Of a stretch of 64,000 nucleotides of DNA, positions 55,524-64,000 are shown in pieces. Each line of letters opens with the position of its first letter. The stretch's first letter is position 1. A model generated the notes under the pieces. It was not told the origin of the DNA. It was given only the letters and a program-made list of their open reading frames with translations, and searched no databases. Source of the stretch: Thermodesulfobacteriota bacterium (GTDB taxonomy: Bacteria > Desulfobacterota > Desulfarculia > JACQYL01); assembly GCA_963675595.2 (NCBI GenBank), contig CAXXLZ010000002.1:544001-608000 (forward strand), in the 5' to 3' direction. Made by a program: the position numbers and the translations under genes.

Positions 55524-56908
55524 CATAAGCGCTAACTTAAGCATTGTTTGCTATGCTTCTTTCCGTCTGAGGAATCAGCCGCTGAAGTGCTCGTTTCCTT
55601 GGCGGTTCTCGCAAATAAAAAGATATGTTATCCCAGCCGGCAATGCATTCGGCCAAGCCGAGTTTAGGGTTCACGGCTTGTTTCAGCAGGTGTAACATAA
55701 ACATGGTCTCTCTCCAGAAGCATCGATTTCTACGGTGGTTCTTTTTGGAGTGGGTATCCCCAGGGAAAAAAAGATTCGCCTGCGGCGATCATGGCCTCCA
55801 CTAAGAAAGCCACCAGTAGTTTCCCATGGATCCAGGCCTTGGCTCCTTCGATGTCGGTCTTTCTAAGATGGCCTAAACCGAGAATGGACTTTAGACGCTT
55901 GAAAGCGAGTTCAATTTGCCATCGACCTCGGTACATCTCGAGGACCTGAGAGGGCGAGATTTCACGGCCCAATGTTGTGAAAACAAATATGTAGGCCGCC
56001 GCTTCGAGGGTGTCCGGAGTAACTTGGCGACCTTTTTTCCTCGCCTCTTTTTCTATCGCTTTACGAGCTTTTTCAGTGGCGTCTTTGCTCTTCTTGATGG
56101 CACAGATTCTACCTGCAACCAAGCGTTGTTCAAATGGAACGAATGCATCCCAGTCGCCAAGCTTATTTACACGTAACGTCCTTAGATGAGGGAGTAATTG
56201 GAATCGTTCCCCTTGCTTGTCCACCATGGCGACACGGTGTTTCATTCGAACCAGGACGTCGCCGCCGTTGTCTATGACATGGTGAATTCCTCTTGGTGTG
56301 CAATAGGCTCTATCCGCTACAAGAAGTTCACCGCCATGGACTTTGAAATTGGTGAAGGATTCTCCGATCTTGGGGTCTGTTACATAGACTTCGTCGCAGC
56401 GCAGCGAAGGCAATTGTATGGAATAATGGACCCTCCAAGTCGTTCCGGTACTTCCAGGTTCTTGAATGGTGGAGGCATCGATCAACCTGATGCGTGAATT
56501 CTCTCCAAAAACAACGGCGGGCAGCTTTCGAAACCATTTCTCCATGACCCCTAAGGCCATCCACCGAAACCACTCTCCGCATTTATTCAGTCGTTTTAGG
56601 AGAGCTACGTCGGAAATCGACGTAATGTTGCCGAACCTGGCTTTGGCCGCCGTCAGCCGAAGTGAGCAACCTTCCGCCAGATGGATCAGAAGCGTTCGCA
56701 ACAGACCTTCGGCGTCCACGAACTTACGGTATCTGACAACGGCACCAAGTTCCCTTGCTTTGGATTGCCAGCCATCGGGAAGAAAACCCTGGAGAACTTC
56801 CCAGTCTTCCATTTCCTCGGAAAAAACGAGACGCTCCATTGCCACCTCCTTTGGCGGCAACGGTACCATAAACCTCACCAAAACAAAAGGCTTAAGTTAG
56901 CGCTTATG
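55524..56908 (-). mobile_element. IS4-family insertion sequence, copy 2 (1385 bp)
   Basis: Same TIRs as copy 1; TSD GGGGTCCGGGG at 55513-55523 and 56909-56919. Confidence 0.95.
55730..56839 (-). CDS. IS4-family DDE transposase (identical protein to 6293-7402)
   Basis: Identical translation in the ORF track. Confidence 0.93.
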   Translation of the reverse strand: MERLVFSEEMEDWEVLQGFLPDGWQSKARELGAVVRYRKFVDAEGLLRTLLIHLAEGCSLRLTAAKARFGNITSISDVALLKRLNKCGEWFRWMALGVMEKWFRKLPAVVFGENSRIRLIDASTIQEPGSTGTTWRVHYSIQLPSLRCDEVYVTDPKIGESFTNFKVHGGELLVADRAYCTPRGIHHVIDNGGDVLVRMKHRVAMVDKQGERFQLLPHLRTLRVNKLGDWDAFVPFEQRLVAGRICAIKKSKDATEKARKAIEKEARKKGRQVTPDTLEAAAYIFVFTTLGREISPSQVLEMYRGRWQIELAFKRLKSILGLGHLRKTDIEGAKAWIHGKLLVAFLVEAMIAAGESFFPWGYPLQKEPP

Positions 56909-57159
56909 GGGGTCCGGGGGAATGGTGTTCCCGCGGAGACGGTGTGACCCAACAAAGAAGTTCCCCCCGTGAATGATCACGTGAAGAGATACCCCTCTGA
57001 GGGATTCCAAGGACGCGCACCCGGAACGGAGTTTTTCGGTTGAACGGCGGAAAACCGGTATGCTTTAATGCACCCTCCCTTTTCATGAAGAAAAGTTGCT
57101 CGTCCGGTGTTACCGGGCTTTGGTCTAAACGGAACGAAGACGGTCGAAGGAGCTCCCCC

Positions 57160-57816
57160 GTGCAGGAGGAAGAAATCAGGGACATCAATCCGTCCCTTCT
57201 CATCGATGCCCAGCGCCCTACGGAAGTTATCCTCAAGTTCAAGGGAATCAAGGAAGAACTGAAGAGTACCCTCGTGGGAGCCAAGCCGGGCCGCTGCATC
57301 CTGTTGGACCCTCCGTTGGTCCACGATATACAACCCCGCTTCTATCTCGATCGGGAACTGGAGGTACGGTACACCGTCAACAGGACCGTCTACGGTTTCA
57401 GCGTCAAAGTGCTCGGCTTCGTCCTTTCGCCGTTCCCGCTGTTGTTCACTTCCTATCCCGACGAAATCCGGCAGGTGAACCTCCGCAGGTTCGTGAGGAT
57501 CTCCTGTTTCATTCCCACCATCGTGGACATTTACGGCAAACCCTACAGCGGGACCATGACCGATATCAGCGTCGCGGGGTGCAAGGTCATCTACAAGAAC
57601 AACGATTTGAGCATTCACCGAATTCACACTCAGATCAAGCTGAGCTTCAACCTGCCCGATTCGGATAAGCCCTTCATTTGTCACGGCAATATCCGAAACG
57701 TTAATTTGGACAGCCAACAGGCGGCCATCGGTATCGTTTTCGGTTCCATGCCCAAAGAAACATTGGACGCGATTACGGGTTTCATGCAAAGCAGCGGAAA
57801 TTCCTCGCCGGAATGA
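57160..57816 (+). CDS. PilZ/YcgR-like c-di-GMP receptor
   Basis: LRRFVR (RxxxR) and DISVAG (DxSxxG) motifs; GTG start inferred after AAGGAG. Confidence 0.85.
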   Translation: MQEEEIRDINPSLLIDAQRPTEVILKFKGIKEELKSTLVGAKPGRCILLDPPLVHDIQPRFYLDRELEVRYTVNRTVYGFSVKVLGFVLSPFPLLFTSYPDEIRQVNLRRFVRISCFIPTIVDIYGKPYSGTMTDISVAGCKVIYKNNDLSIHRIHTQIKLSFNLPDSDKPFICHGNIRNVNLDSQQAAIGIVFGSMPKETLDAITGFMQSSGNSSPE

Positions 57817-57943
57817 CGCTGTTCCGGTCTTTCGACCGGAATCGGGATAAGACGATTGAAGCACGCATTCACGGAAGGGAACTTCATAAAAAAGTTCTCC
57901 CACCTACCCCGTGAACAGCCGCAACTTGAGGAGGCACATCAAA

Positions 57944-58267
57944 ATGGTGGAAAGCAAAAAAGCGTTGTGGGTGGTCTTCCGACCCGAGAGTCCGGAGACG
58001 GGAGCGGCCATGAGAGAGAAATTCGAAGGCTCCTACCCCGTGTTCAAAGAGATGCCGGGGCTCTACAGCAAGCACTGGTGGGTCAACGAAGAACGGGGAG
58101 AGTGGGGAGCATTATATGTATTCGACACGGAGAAGGACCTTCGCGAATACATCGAATCCGACCGCTGGTTGAACAAGGTCCCTGAAAAGTACGGATACAA
58201 ACCCGCGGAGGTCTCCATACTGGACGTAGGTCCGATTCTCTGCAGAGAGGCCGTCACCCGGCCGTAG
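57944..58267 (+). CDS. YdhR-like dimeric alpha/beta barrel protein
   Basis: PGLYSKHWWVNEERGEWGALYVF; RBS GAGGAGG. Confidence 0.75.
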   Translation: MVESKKALWVVFRPESPETGAAMREKFEGSYPVFKEMPGLYSKHWWVNEERGEWGALYVFDTEKDLREYIESDRWLNKVPEKYGYKPAEVSILDVGPILCREAVTRP

Positions 58268-58359
58268 GGCCGCCTGGTCGCGACGCGGTGGGACCCGCGC
58301 CTCCCATGCCGCCCGCCCTGTTCCGAACCTCGAAGGCAACCGACGGCATTCCCGTTCCA

Positions 58360-60249
58360 TCAGGCTCGCGTGACGGAAGCGTCGTTCGTGTTCGTCAGTC
58401 TCGCCGCCAGGAGCGTGACGTCGTCGAACTGTTCAAGTCCTTCGCTGTACTCCTCCACGGCTTTCGTGATGAGGCGACACAGGGCCTCGGGACTCGAGTT
58501 CGCATGGTCCGCCAACAGAGCCTGCAGGCGCTCCATCCCGAACTCGCCGTTTTCGCGGTCCGGGGCCTCGACGATTCCGTCCGTGTAGAGAAGCAGCCAA
58601 TCCCCGGGTTCCAGGACTTCCCGATCCACGAGATACTCGAAGTCGTCCATCACTCCCAGAGGGACTCCTTTGGGAACAGCGAGCACCTCGGCCCGCCCCT
58701 CCCCTTTCCTGTAGACCAGCGGCGGGTTGTGCCCTCCGTTGGAATAGACCAGGTCCCCCGACTGAAGATCCAGAATTCCGTAAAACACGGTGGCGAACAT
58801 GCAGGCGTCGTTGTCCGCGCACACGAATCGGTTGACTCGCTCCAGGGTTTCCTTCGGGCCTTCTCCCCGCAGGGCGGTAAGCCGCAACACGGACCGGCTC
58901 AAAGCCATGAACAGGGCCGCGGGAACGCCCTTTCCACAAACATCCGCAATCACCAGTCCCATGCGTCGGTCATCCAGCATGAAGACGTCGAAAAAGTCGC
59001 CGCCCACTTCCCGGGCGGGAATGCTCTCCCCAAAGACCTCGACTCGTCCGTGCTCCGGAAAGGTTCGGGGCAGGAAATCCTGTTGGATCTGATGCCCGAT
59101 TTCCAGCTCCTTGCTCATCCGTTCCCGTTCGGCCGTGGTCTTTTCCAGATTGTCCATGTACCGAATCAGATCCAGGGTCATCTTGTTGAAGGATTCGGTC
59201 AGTACACCGATCTCATCTCGTGACTTGGTTTCCAGGGAGCCTTTGCTGAAATCGCCTTCCGCCACGGCTTTGGTGCGTTCCGTGAGCTCGATGATGGGCC
59301 GGGTGATGCCGGATTGGAGCCGGTGACCGATGAGAAAACCGAGCACGAGCATGGCCGAGGCAATGGCGGACAGGCCGATGACGGACTTCACCCTCAGGTC
59401 GTGATATTCCGCGGCGGAGGTGTGCACCGCCAGAACCCCCAACGGCCGCCCATCGAGCCCCAAAATGGGTTCGAATTCCGCAAGGCACCCGTGGCGGGAG
59501 ATGTCCACATGCTCAAAAGGACTGTTCTCGAACAAAGTCCTGCGAACGACCCCGACGGGCAGTTCCTCCGCACAGAACATGGTCGAGTCCTTTCCCGATC
59601 CCCCCGCGGAGGCCACGGACCGAATTCCTTCGAACAACTCCACACCGCCCATGACGGCGCCGCTGATCAGTTTCAGGAGTCCGACGTCGCTCTTCAGACG
59701 ATATCGAACGCGTACCGCCCCCACCACGGCGGCCTCGTCCCGATCATAAACGGGATACGCCACGGCAATGCTCAAAGATCGCTTTCCCGTAGACGCATCC
59801 GTGATCGCCTCGCAGGCTGCAGGCCGATCTCCCTCCAGGGCTCGCGCTATGAACGGATCCTCCACCGATGCGGCGACCGACTCTTCGAAAGGCGGATCCA
59901 TCAGTTTTATTCTTCCCAGCCGGTCCGTCACGGTGATCTCGATCCCTTGGAGCGATCCCGGAAATCGTCTCAACCTCTCCATCGAAACCGGGGAATCTCC
60001 CTTCTCCAAAAAGGATACCAAAGGCGGGTCCATGGCGAGAGATCTGGACAGGCGTTCCAGGTCCTCGATCTTATCCTGAAAAATCAGGGAAGCGATGCGT
60101 ATGTCCTGCCGAATATTCTTTACCGCTTCTTCCTCCACCTCTTTGAGGAAAAACAGCACGGAAAAGATCGTTGTGATGAGCAAGGGTACGAGGATGATCA
60201 CCAGGGAATAGAAGACCAGTTTCGTTTTGATGCTGTTCTTCAATCGCAT
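58360..60249 (-). CDS. Membrane PP2C phosphatase (Cache-HAMP-SpoIIE/RsbU)
   Basis: Two TM helices; RDEIGVLTESFN HAMP; EVGGDFFD, IADVCGKG, YTDGIVE and DDVT. Confidence 0.93.
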   Translation of the reverse strand: MRLKNSIKTKLVFYSLVIILVPLLITTIFSVLFFLKEVEEEAVKNIRQDIRIASLIFQDKIEDLERLSRSLAMDPPLVSFLEKGDSPVSMERLRRFPGSLQGIEITVTDRLGRIKLMDPPFEESVAASVEDPFIARALEGDRPAACEAITDASTGKRSLSIAVAYPVYDRDEAAVVGAVRVRYRLKSDVGLLKLISGAVMGGVELFEGIRSVASAGGSGKDSTMFCAEELPVGVVRRTLFENSPFEHVDISRHGCLAEFEPILGLDGRPLGVLAVHTSAAEYHDLRVKSVIGLSAIASAMLVLGFLIGHRLQSGITRPIIELTERTKAVAEGDFSKGSLETKSRDEIGVLTESFNKMTLDLIRYMDNLEKTTAERERMSKELEIGHQIQQDFLPRTFPEHGRVEVFGESIPAREVGGDFFDVFMLDDRRMGLVIADVCGKGVPAALFMALSRSVLRLTALRGEGPKETLERVNRFVCADNDACMFATVFYGILDLQSGDLVYSNGGHNPPLVYRKGEGRAEVLAVPKGVPLGVMDDFEYLVDREVLEPGDWLLLYTDGIVEAPDRENGEFGMERLQALLADHANSSPEALCRLITKAVEEYSEGLEQFDDVTLLAARLTNTNDASVTRA

Positions 60250-60466
60250 GAGTCGGACGCTCCGTTTCGAGTGGGAGGGCGGCGTCGGCCGGTTTCCACG
60301 TGAACCGCACAGGAACCCGGTTCGCGCTCTCCAACACGGAAGCCGCGATTTGAGATTGCAGCAGCTGGAAGGGGTTTGCTATAGTTGCCTCTCCTATAAG
60401 GTTTTTCGGGCCGAAAGGCAACCATGCGTTGCGCCGGTACGCTGCGGAACGCGGAGGAGGAAGATA

Positions 60467-60802
60467 ATGGAAGTGATCAACGCCGGCAAACAAGGTGAGC
60501 TTTTGATCGTGAAAGTCAAAGGAAGACTGGACGCCGGCTCGGCACCGGATTTCGAACAACGGTTGAAGCAATGGATCAAGGACGGTGATACGGGGATAGC
60601 CCTGGACTTTGCCGAACTGGACTATATCAGCAGCGCCGGCTTGAGGGCCGTGCTGTCCACGGCCAAAATGCTCAAGGCGAAGAACGGACGCTTCGCCGTT
60701 GCGTCTCTAAAGGGCCCGGTGAAGGAAGTATTCGAGATCTCCGGTTTCACCTCGATTCTCCCGGTTTACGATTCCATCGAATCGGCTCTTTCCGCGACAT
60801 AA
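60467..60802 (+). CDS. STAS anti-sigma factor antagonist (RsbV-like)
   Basis: GRLDA, LDYISSAGLR and VFEISGF; RBS GGAGG. Confidence 0.92.
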   Translation: MEVINAGKQGELLIVKVKGRLDAGSAPDFEQRLKQWIKDGDTGIALDFAELDYISSAGLRAVLSTAKMLKAKNGRFAVASLKGPVKEVFEISGFTSILPVYDSIESALSAT

Positions 60803-60968
60803 AAAGCGCCGGCCCCATACCCGAGATCCCGGAATAAAGACGGCGCCCGTTCCATGGGCCGTCTTTTCACTTGGAGGCTCGAACCATCCCACGACGGTCT
60901 TTCCGTCGAGCACACTCGATCGAGAAATCCTCCCCTCCTTTGGAGCGATTCTCGGCAGGACATCATCT

Positions 60969-61379
60969 ATGCCCCGCATCGAGGGTCCCGCTGAACTGGA
61001 TCAACTGGAATCTCTTCTGGGATTCGTGACCGGTTTCCTCCAGGAACGGGGAGCCCGGCCCGATCGTATTCCCGGGATTCAGCTCGCGGTGGAAGAAGCC
61101 CTGGTCAACGTCTTCAACTACGCTTATCCCGACGGTAAAGGCGTGGTCGAGTTGAGGATCGATACCCAAGAAGACGGTGACATCGTCCTCGAAATCGTGG
61201 ATTGGGGCGTTCCTTTCGACATGGTTTCCGCACCCGAACCGGATTTGAACGAAGACGTGGATCACCGAAAAGTGGGGGGACTCGGCCTTGTCCTGATACG
61301 AAAAATGGCCAAGAAAGTCCGGTACCTAAGGGAATATCAGCAAAACAAACTGACCCTGATTTTCGATGGACGGGCCTGA
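60969..61379 (+). CDS. Anti-sigma factor Ser/Thr kinase (RsbW-like HATPase)
   Basis: LAVEEALVNVFNYAY, DWGVPFD and GGLGLVLI. Confidence 0.92.
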   Translation: MPRIEGPAELDQLESLLGFVTGFLQERGARPDRIPGIQLAVEEALVNVFNYAYPDGKGVVELRIDTQEDGDIVLEIVDWGVPFDMVSAPEPDLNEDVDHRKVGGLGLVLIRKMAKKVRYLREYQQNKLTLIFDGRA

Positions 61380-61505
61380 GCCCGGACGGGACGGCGCATC
61401 GTATCGGGAGACAAACCCGCCGAGAACAAAACGGTCCAACGTACCGGACCCTACCGGCGGAACGGATGCACCTTGAATCATGGAAACCTATCATCAAGGG
61501 CCGGT

Positions 61506-63095
61506 ATGAGAGAAAAGAACTCCGGTTACACCAAGAAATTCCCATCCTTCAGATCCTACGATCCGCCTTCCTGTGGTTCTTTAGTCAAAGCCGTCGTCAT
61601 GGTTTTACTGCTGCTCTCGGCTGTTTTCCCGGCCTGCGGCGGTTCCACCGGCGACACCGGCGAAGTGCTTTGGTTCTCCGACCTGCATTTCAACCCCTTC
61701 GCGGACCCGGCCGTCGTGACCCGGCTGGCGGAAAACAACGCAACCGAGTGGGACGCGATCCTGTCCGAGTCTCCGGTTCATGCCGTGCTCCCACTTTACG
61801 GCAAAGAGGCCAACAGAGCGCTGCTCGAGGCTTCCCTCGCCGACATGCGGGAGCATGTGCCGTCGCCGGATTTTATCCTGTTCGCCGGCGACTTCTTGGC
61901 GCACAAATTCGATACGGTATATCTGAAGCTCACAGGGGATGCGTCCACGGAAGGATTACGGAAATTCGTCGATAAGACCCTGGCCTACATCGTTTCGCGG
62001 ATTACCCTCTATTACCCGGAAACTTCCATCTATTTCTGCCTGGGCAACAACGACGACTACGACGGCGATTACCTCCTCGCGCCCCACGGCCCGTTCCTCG
62101 AGAACACTTCCGATTTTTTCGCCGACGCCTTCCTGAAAACCGCGTGTAACCGGGAATCGTTCGCGGCCACCTATCCCCAAGGAGGCCACTACCAAGTGTT
62201 TCCCGCCGTTGGCGACGGCTTGCGGATCCTTTCGCTCAACGCCGTGTTTCTCTCCCGAAACGCTCCGGATACGGATTCCGATCCCGGCGACGCACAACTG
62301 GACTGGCTGGAGCAAAGTCTTTCGGCGGCGGCCGAAGCGGGAGACAAGGTCTGGATCCTGTTGCACATCCCCCCCGGAGTGGACGAGTACGCCACGGTAC
62401 GAGCCAATGAGGGAAAATCCGATTTTAGGGACATCATCCTGCATATAAAGGAAAAGTATTCGAAACGATTGACAAGCATCGTATCCCAATACGCCGACAC
62501 CGTTACCGAGGTTTTCGCCGGTCACATTCATCGCGAGGCCTTTCGCCTTATCCGTTCTCCCGAGGTCACGACCGGTTCCGGAGTTCCCGTGCTGACGACT
62601 CTTTCCATCTCTCCGGGCTTCGCCAACAACCCCGGATACATAAGCTTGACGTACCAACGAGGGACGTTTGTGATATGGGACTATGAAACCCGCTGTCTCG
62701 ATTCCGACGACGGACTCTGGCGCACCGGCCACCGTTTCCGAGAGGCCTACGGCGACTCTCCCTTGACGGGACAAAGCGTGTGGACCCTGTATTCCGGCCT
62801 GAAACACGACGCCGACCTGCAGGAACGTTACATTTCCGCCTACGACGGCTTCAAGAGGACCCACCGACAGATCACGCCGGAAACCTTCGACTATTACTTG
62901 TCGGCCATCCCCTATTTGGACGCGGAAAGCTACCGTCGTGCGCTGGAAAGCGGTTCCGAATCCCAAGACCGGGCCGCGGCCTCCGGATCGGCGTTCAGCC
63001 GGGACGTTCCAAAAGCCGTGCTTGTTCAGCGGGAACCTCCGCCTTTTTCCGTCGGCTCCGAGTTTCCGCCGGCGGCTTCCTCTCTGCAGAACTGA
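61506..63095 (+). CDS. Secreted or lipoprotein metallophosphoesterase, acid-sphingomyelinase-like
   Basis: SDLHFNP, AGDFLAH, LGNND, LHIPPG, AGHIH and SISPGFANNPG; start uncertain. Confidence 0.85.
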   Translation: MREKNSGYTKKFPSFRSYDPPSCGSLVKAVVMVLLLLSAVFPACGGSTGDTGEVLWFSDLHFNPFADPAVVTRLAENNATEWDAILSESPVHAVLPLYGKEANRALLEASLADMREHVPSPDFILFAGDFLAHKFDTVYLKLTGDASTEGLRKFVDKTLAYIVSRITLYYPETSIYFCLGNNDDYDGDYLLAPHGPFLENTSDFFADAFLKTACNRESFAATYPQGGHYQVFPAVGDGLRILSLNAVFLSRNAPDTDSDPGDAQLDWLEQSLSAAAEAGDKVWILLHIPPGVDEYATVRANEGKSDFRDIILHIKEKYSKRLTSIVSQYADTVTEVFAGHIHREAFRLIRSPEVTTGSGVPVLTTLSISPGFANNPGYISLTYQRGTFVIWDYETRCLDSDDGLWRTGHRFREAYGDSPLTGQSVWTLYSGLKHDADLQERYISAYDGFKRTHRQITPETFDYYLSAIPYLDAESYRRALESGSESQDRAAASGSAFSRDVPKAVLVQREPPPFSVGSEFPPAASSLQN

Positions 63096-63342
63096 TGTCG
63101 CCTTTCAGGCTTCCGGGACGGCTCGGTTTCGCTCCGGGCTACGGCCGGATCGAAAACATGGAGACTCTTGCTACCTATTCACCGGGTGTGCCGCAGAGGG
63201 ACGCCGTCCCCCCGCACCCCCTGCCGGGGGACCCATGGCCCCCCGGACACCCCTCTGAATGCTCACAACTCTTGAATTCCCGGACAAGGAATAAAGGACG
63301 GTATTCACGGGAGCCGCATCCGCAAGAAAATCCGGAACAGGG

Positions 63343-64000
63343 ATGAGGAAAATGATCAAGCTTTTTTTCCGACTTCGAGTATGGATGCTCTTACTCCCGG
63401 CATGCCTCGCGGCCTGCACGCCGTCTCCCGAGCCGGCCCGTGCCGAAGGTCTGCATCACGATTTGCGCGTTTTGCTGTACCCTTCCGAGGGACGACTTTC
63501 CGGAACGGACGCCATTACCTTTGAATCCGATGAAGAAGAGCTTCTTCTGGGGATCGCCCCATCCGCTCGCATCCTCAGTATCCAAATGGACGGCAAAGAA
63601 ATCCCCACGGAAAACAAGCGAGGCGTGCTTGCCGTGCCTTTGGGCAAACAATCAACACGCCATCGGCTGCTCGTGAAATATGACGCCGTGTTTCGCGATC
63701 CCGTGCCCAGACCGGCCTTTGCCTCCGACAATCCGGGATACGGCGTGGTGGGGATCATTGCCGAAGAGGGCGTTTTCCTCCTGCCCGGCGCGGGCTGGTA
63801 TCCGTCCGGTATGAGTCCTCCGGCTTCCTTCCGACTTACGGTGGAAGCGCCGGAAGGAATGGAGGCGGTCACCATGGGCGCGCGTGTCGACCGATGGACC
63901 CGCGACGGCCTTTCCGGTTCCCGCTGGGAAATACGTCATGCAACCGAAGCACCCGCCCTTTCCGCCGGGTATTACCTGCCGGAGGAACGCAACGCCGGAG
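63343..64000 (+). CDS. M1-family aminopeptidase-like exported protein, N-terminal part (runs off window)
   Basis: MRKMIKLFFRL...LAAC; HHDLRVLLYPSEGRLSGTD, GAGWYP and FRLTVEAPEGMEAV resemble M1 N-terminal domains; catalytic motif not in window. Confidence 0.65.
   Translation, partial: MRKMIKLFFRLRVWMLLLPACLAACTPSPEPARAEGLHHDLRVLLYPSEGRLSGTDAITFESDEEELLLGIAPSARILSIQMDGKEIPTENKRGVLAVPLGKQSTRHRLLVKYDAVFRDPVPRPAFASDNPGYGVVGIIAEEGVFLLPGAGWYPSGMSPPASFRLTVEAPEGMEAVTMGARVDRWTRDGLSGSRWEIRHATEAPALSAGYYLPEERNAG

Overview
GC-rich chromosomal window, most likely from an anaerobic Desulfobacterota/Syntrophobacterales-like bacterium (inferred from gene content and repeat types). The housekeeping and metabolic backbone includes an HgdC-type activase with a 2-hydroxyacyl-CoA dehydratase/double-cubane protein, typA, eno, tetR-icmF, glnK-amtB, lgt, fbp, tsaD and rsmA. 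There are also two PAS hybrid kinases, a PP2C/STAS/anti-sigma module, a PilZ protein, two secreted metallophosphoesterases and a large repeat-rich exported protein. Two accessory zones (about 9.4-17.3 kb and 47.5-52.2 kb) are heavily hit by IS elements, and three interrupted genes can be rejoined across their target-site duplications. These are a collagen-like (GAT)n lipoprotein split by an IS701-like element, a patatin remnant split by a composite IS1634 block, and a methyltransferase split by an IS1182/IS5-like element. Most notable observations: (1) two apparently identical IS4-family copies sit in the same 11-bp target CCCCGGACCCC, in the same orientation, inside a dispersed intergenic repeat, and both carry a candidate +1 frameshift; (2) the methyltransferase has a cassette-like layout, with its stop codons directly abutting one of three conserved ...GTCACGTTAGTCAAYAAC repeat ends; (3) a modular family of intergenic repeats shows compensatory base changes. 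No rRNA, tRNA or CRISPR array was seen. All family assignments come from motif recognition, not database searches.
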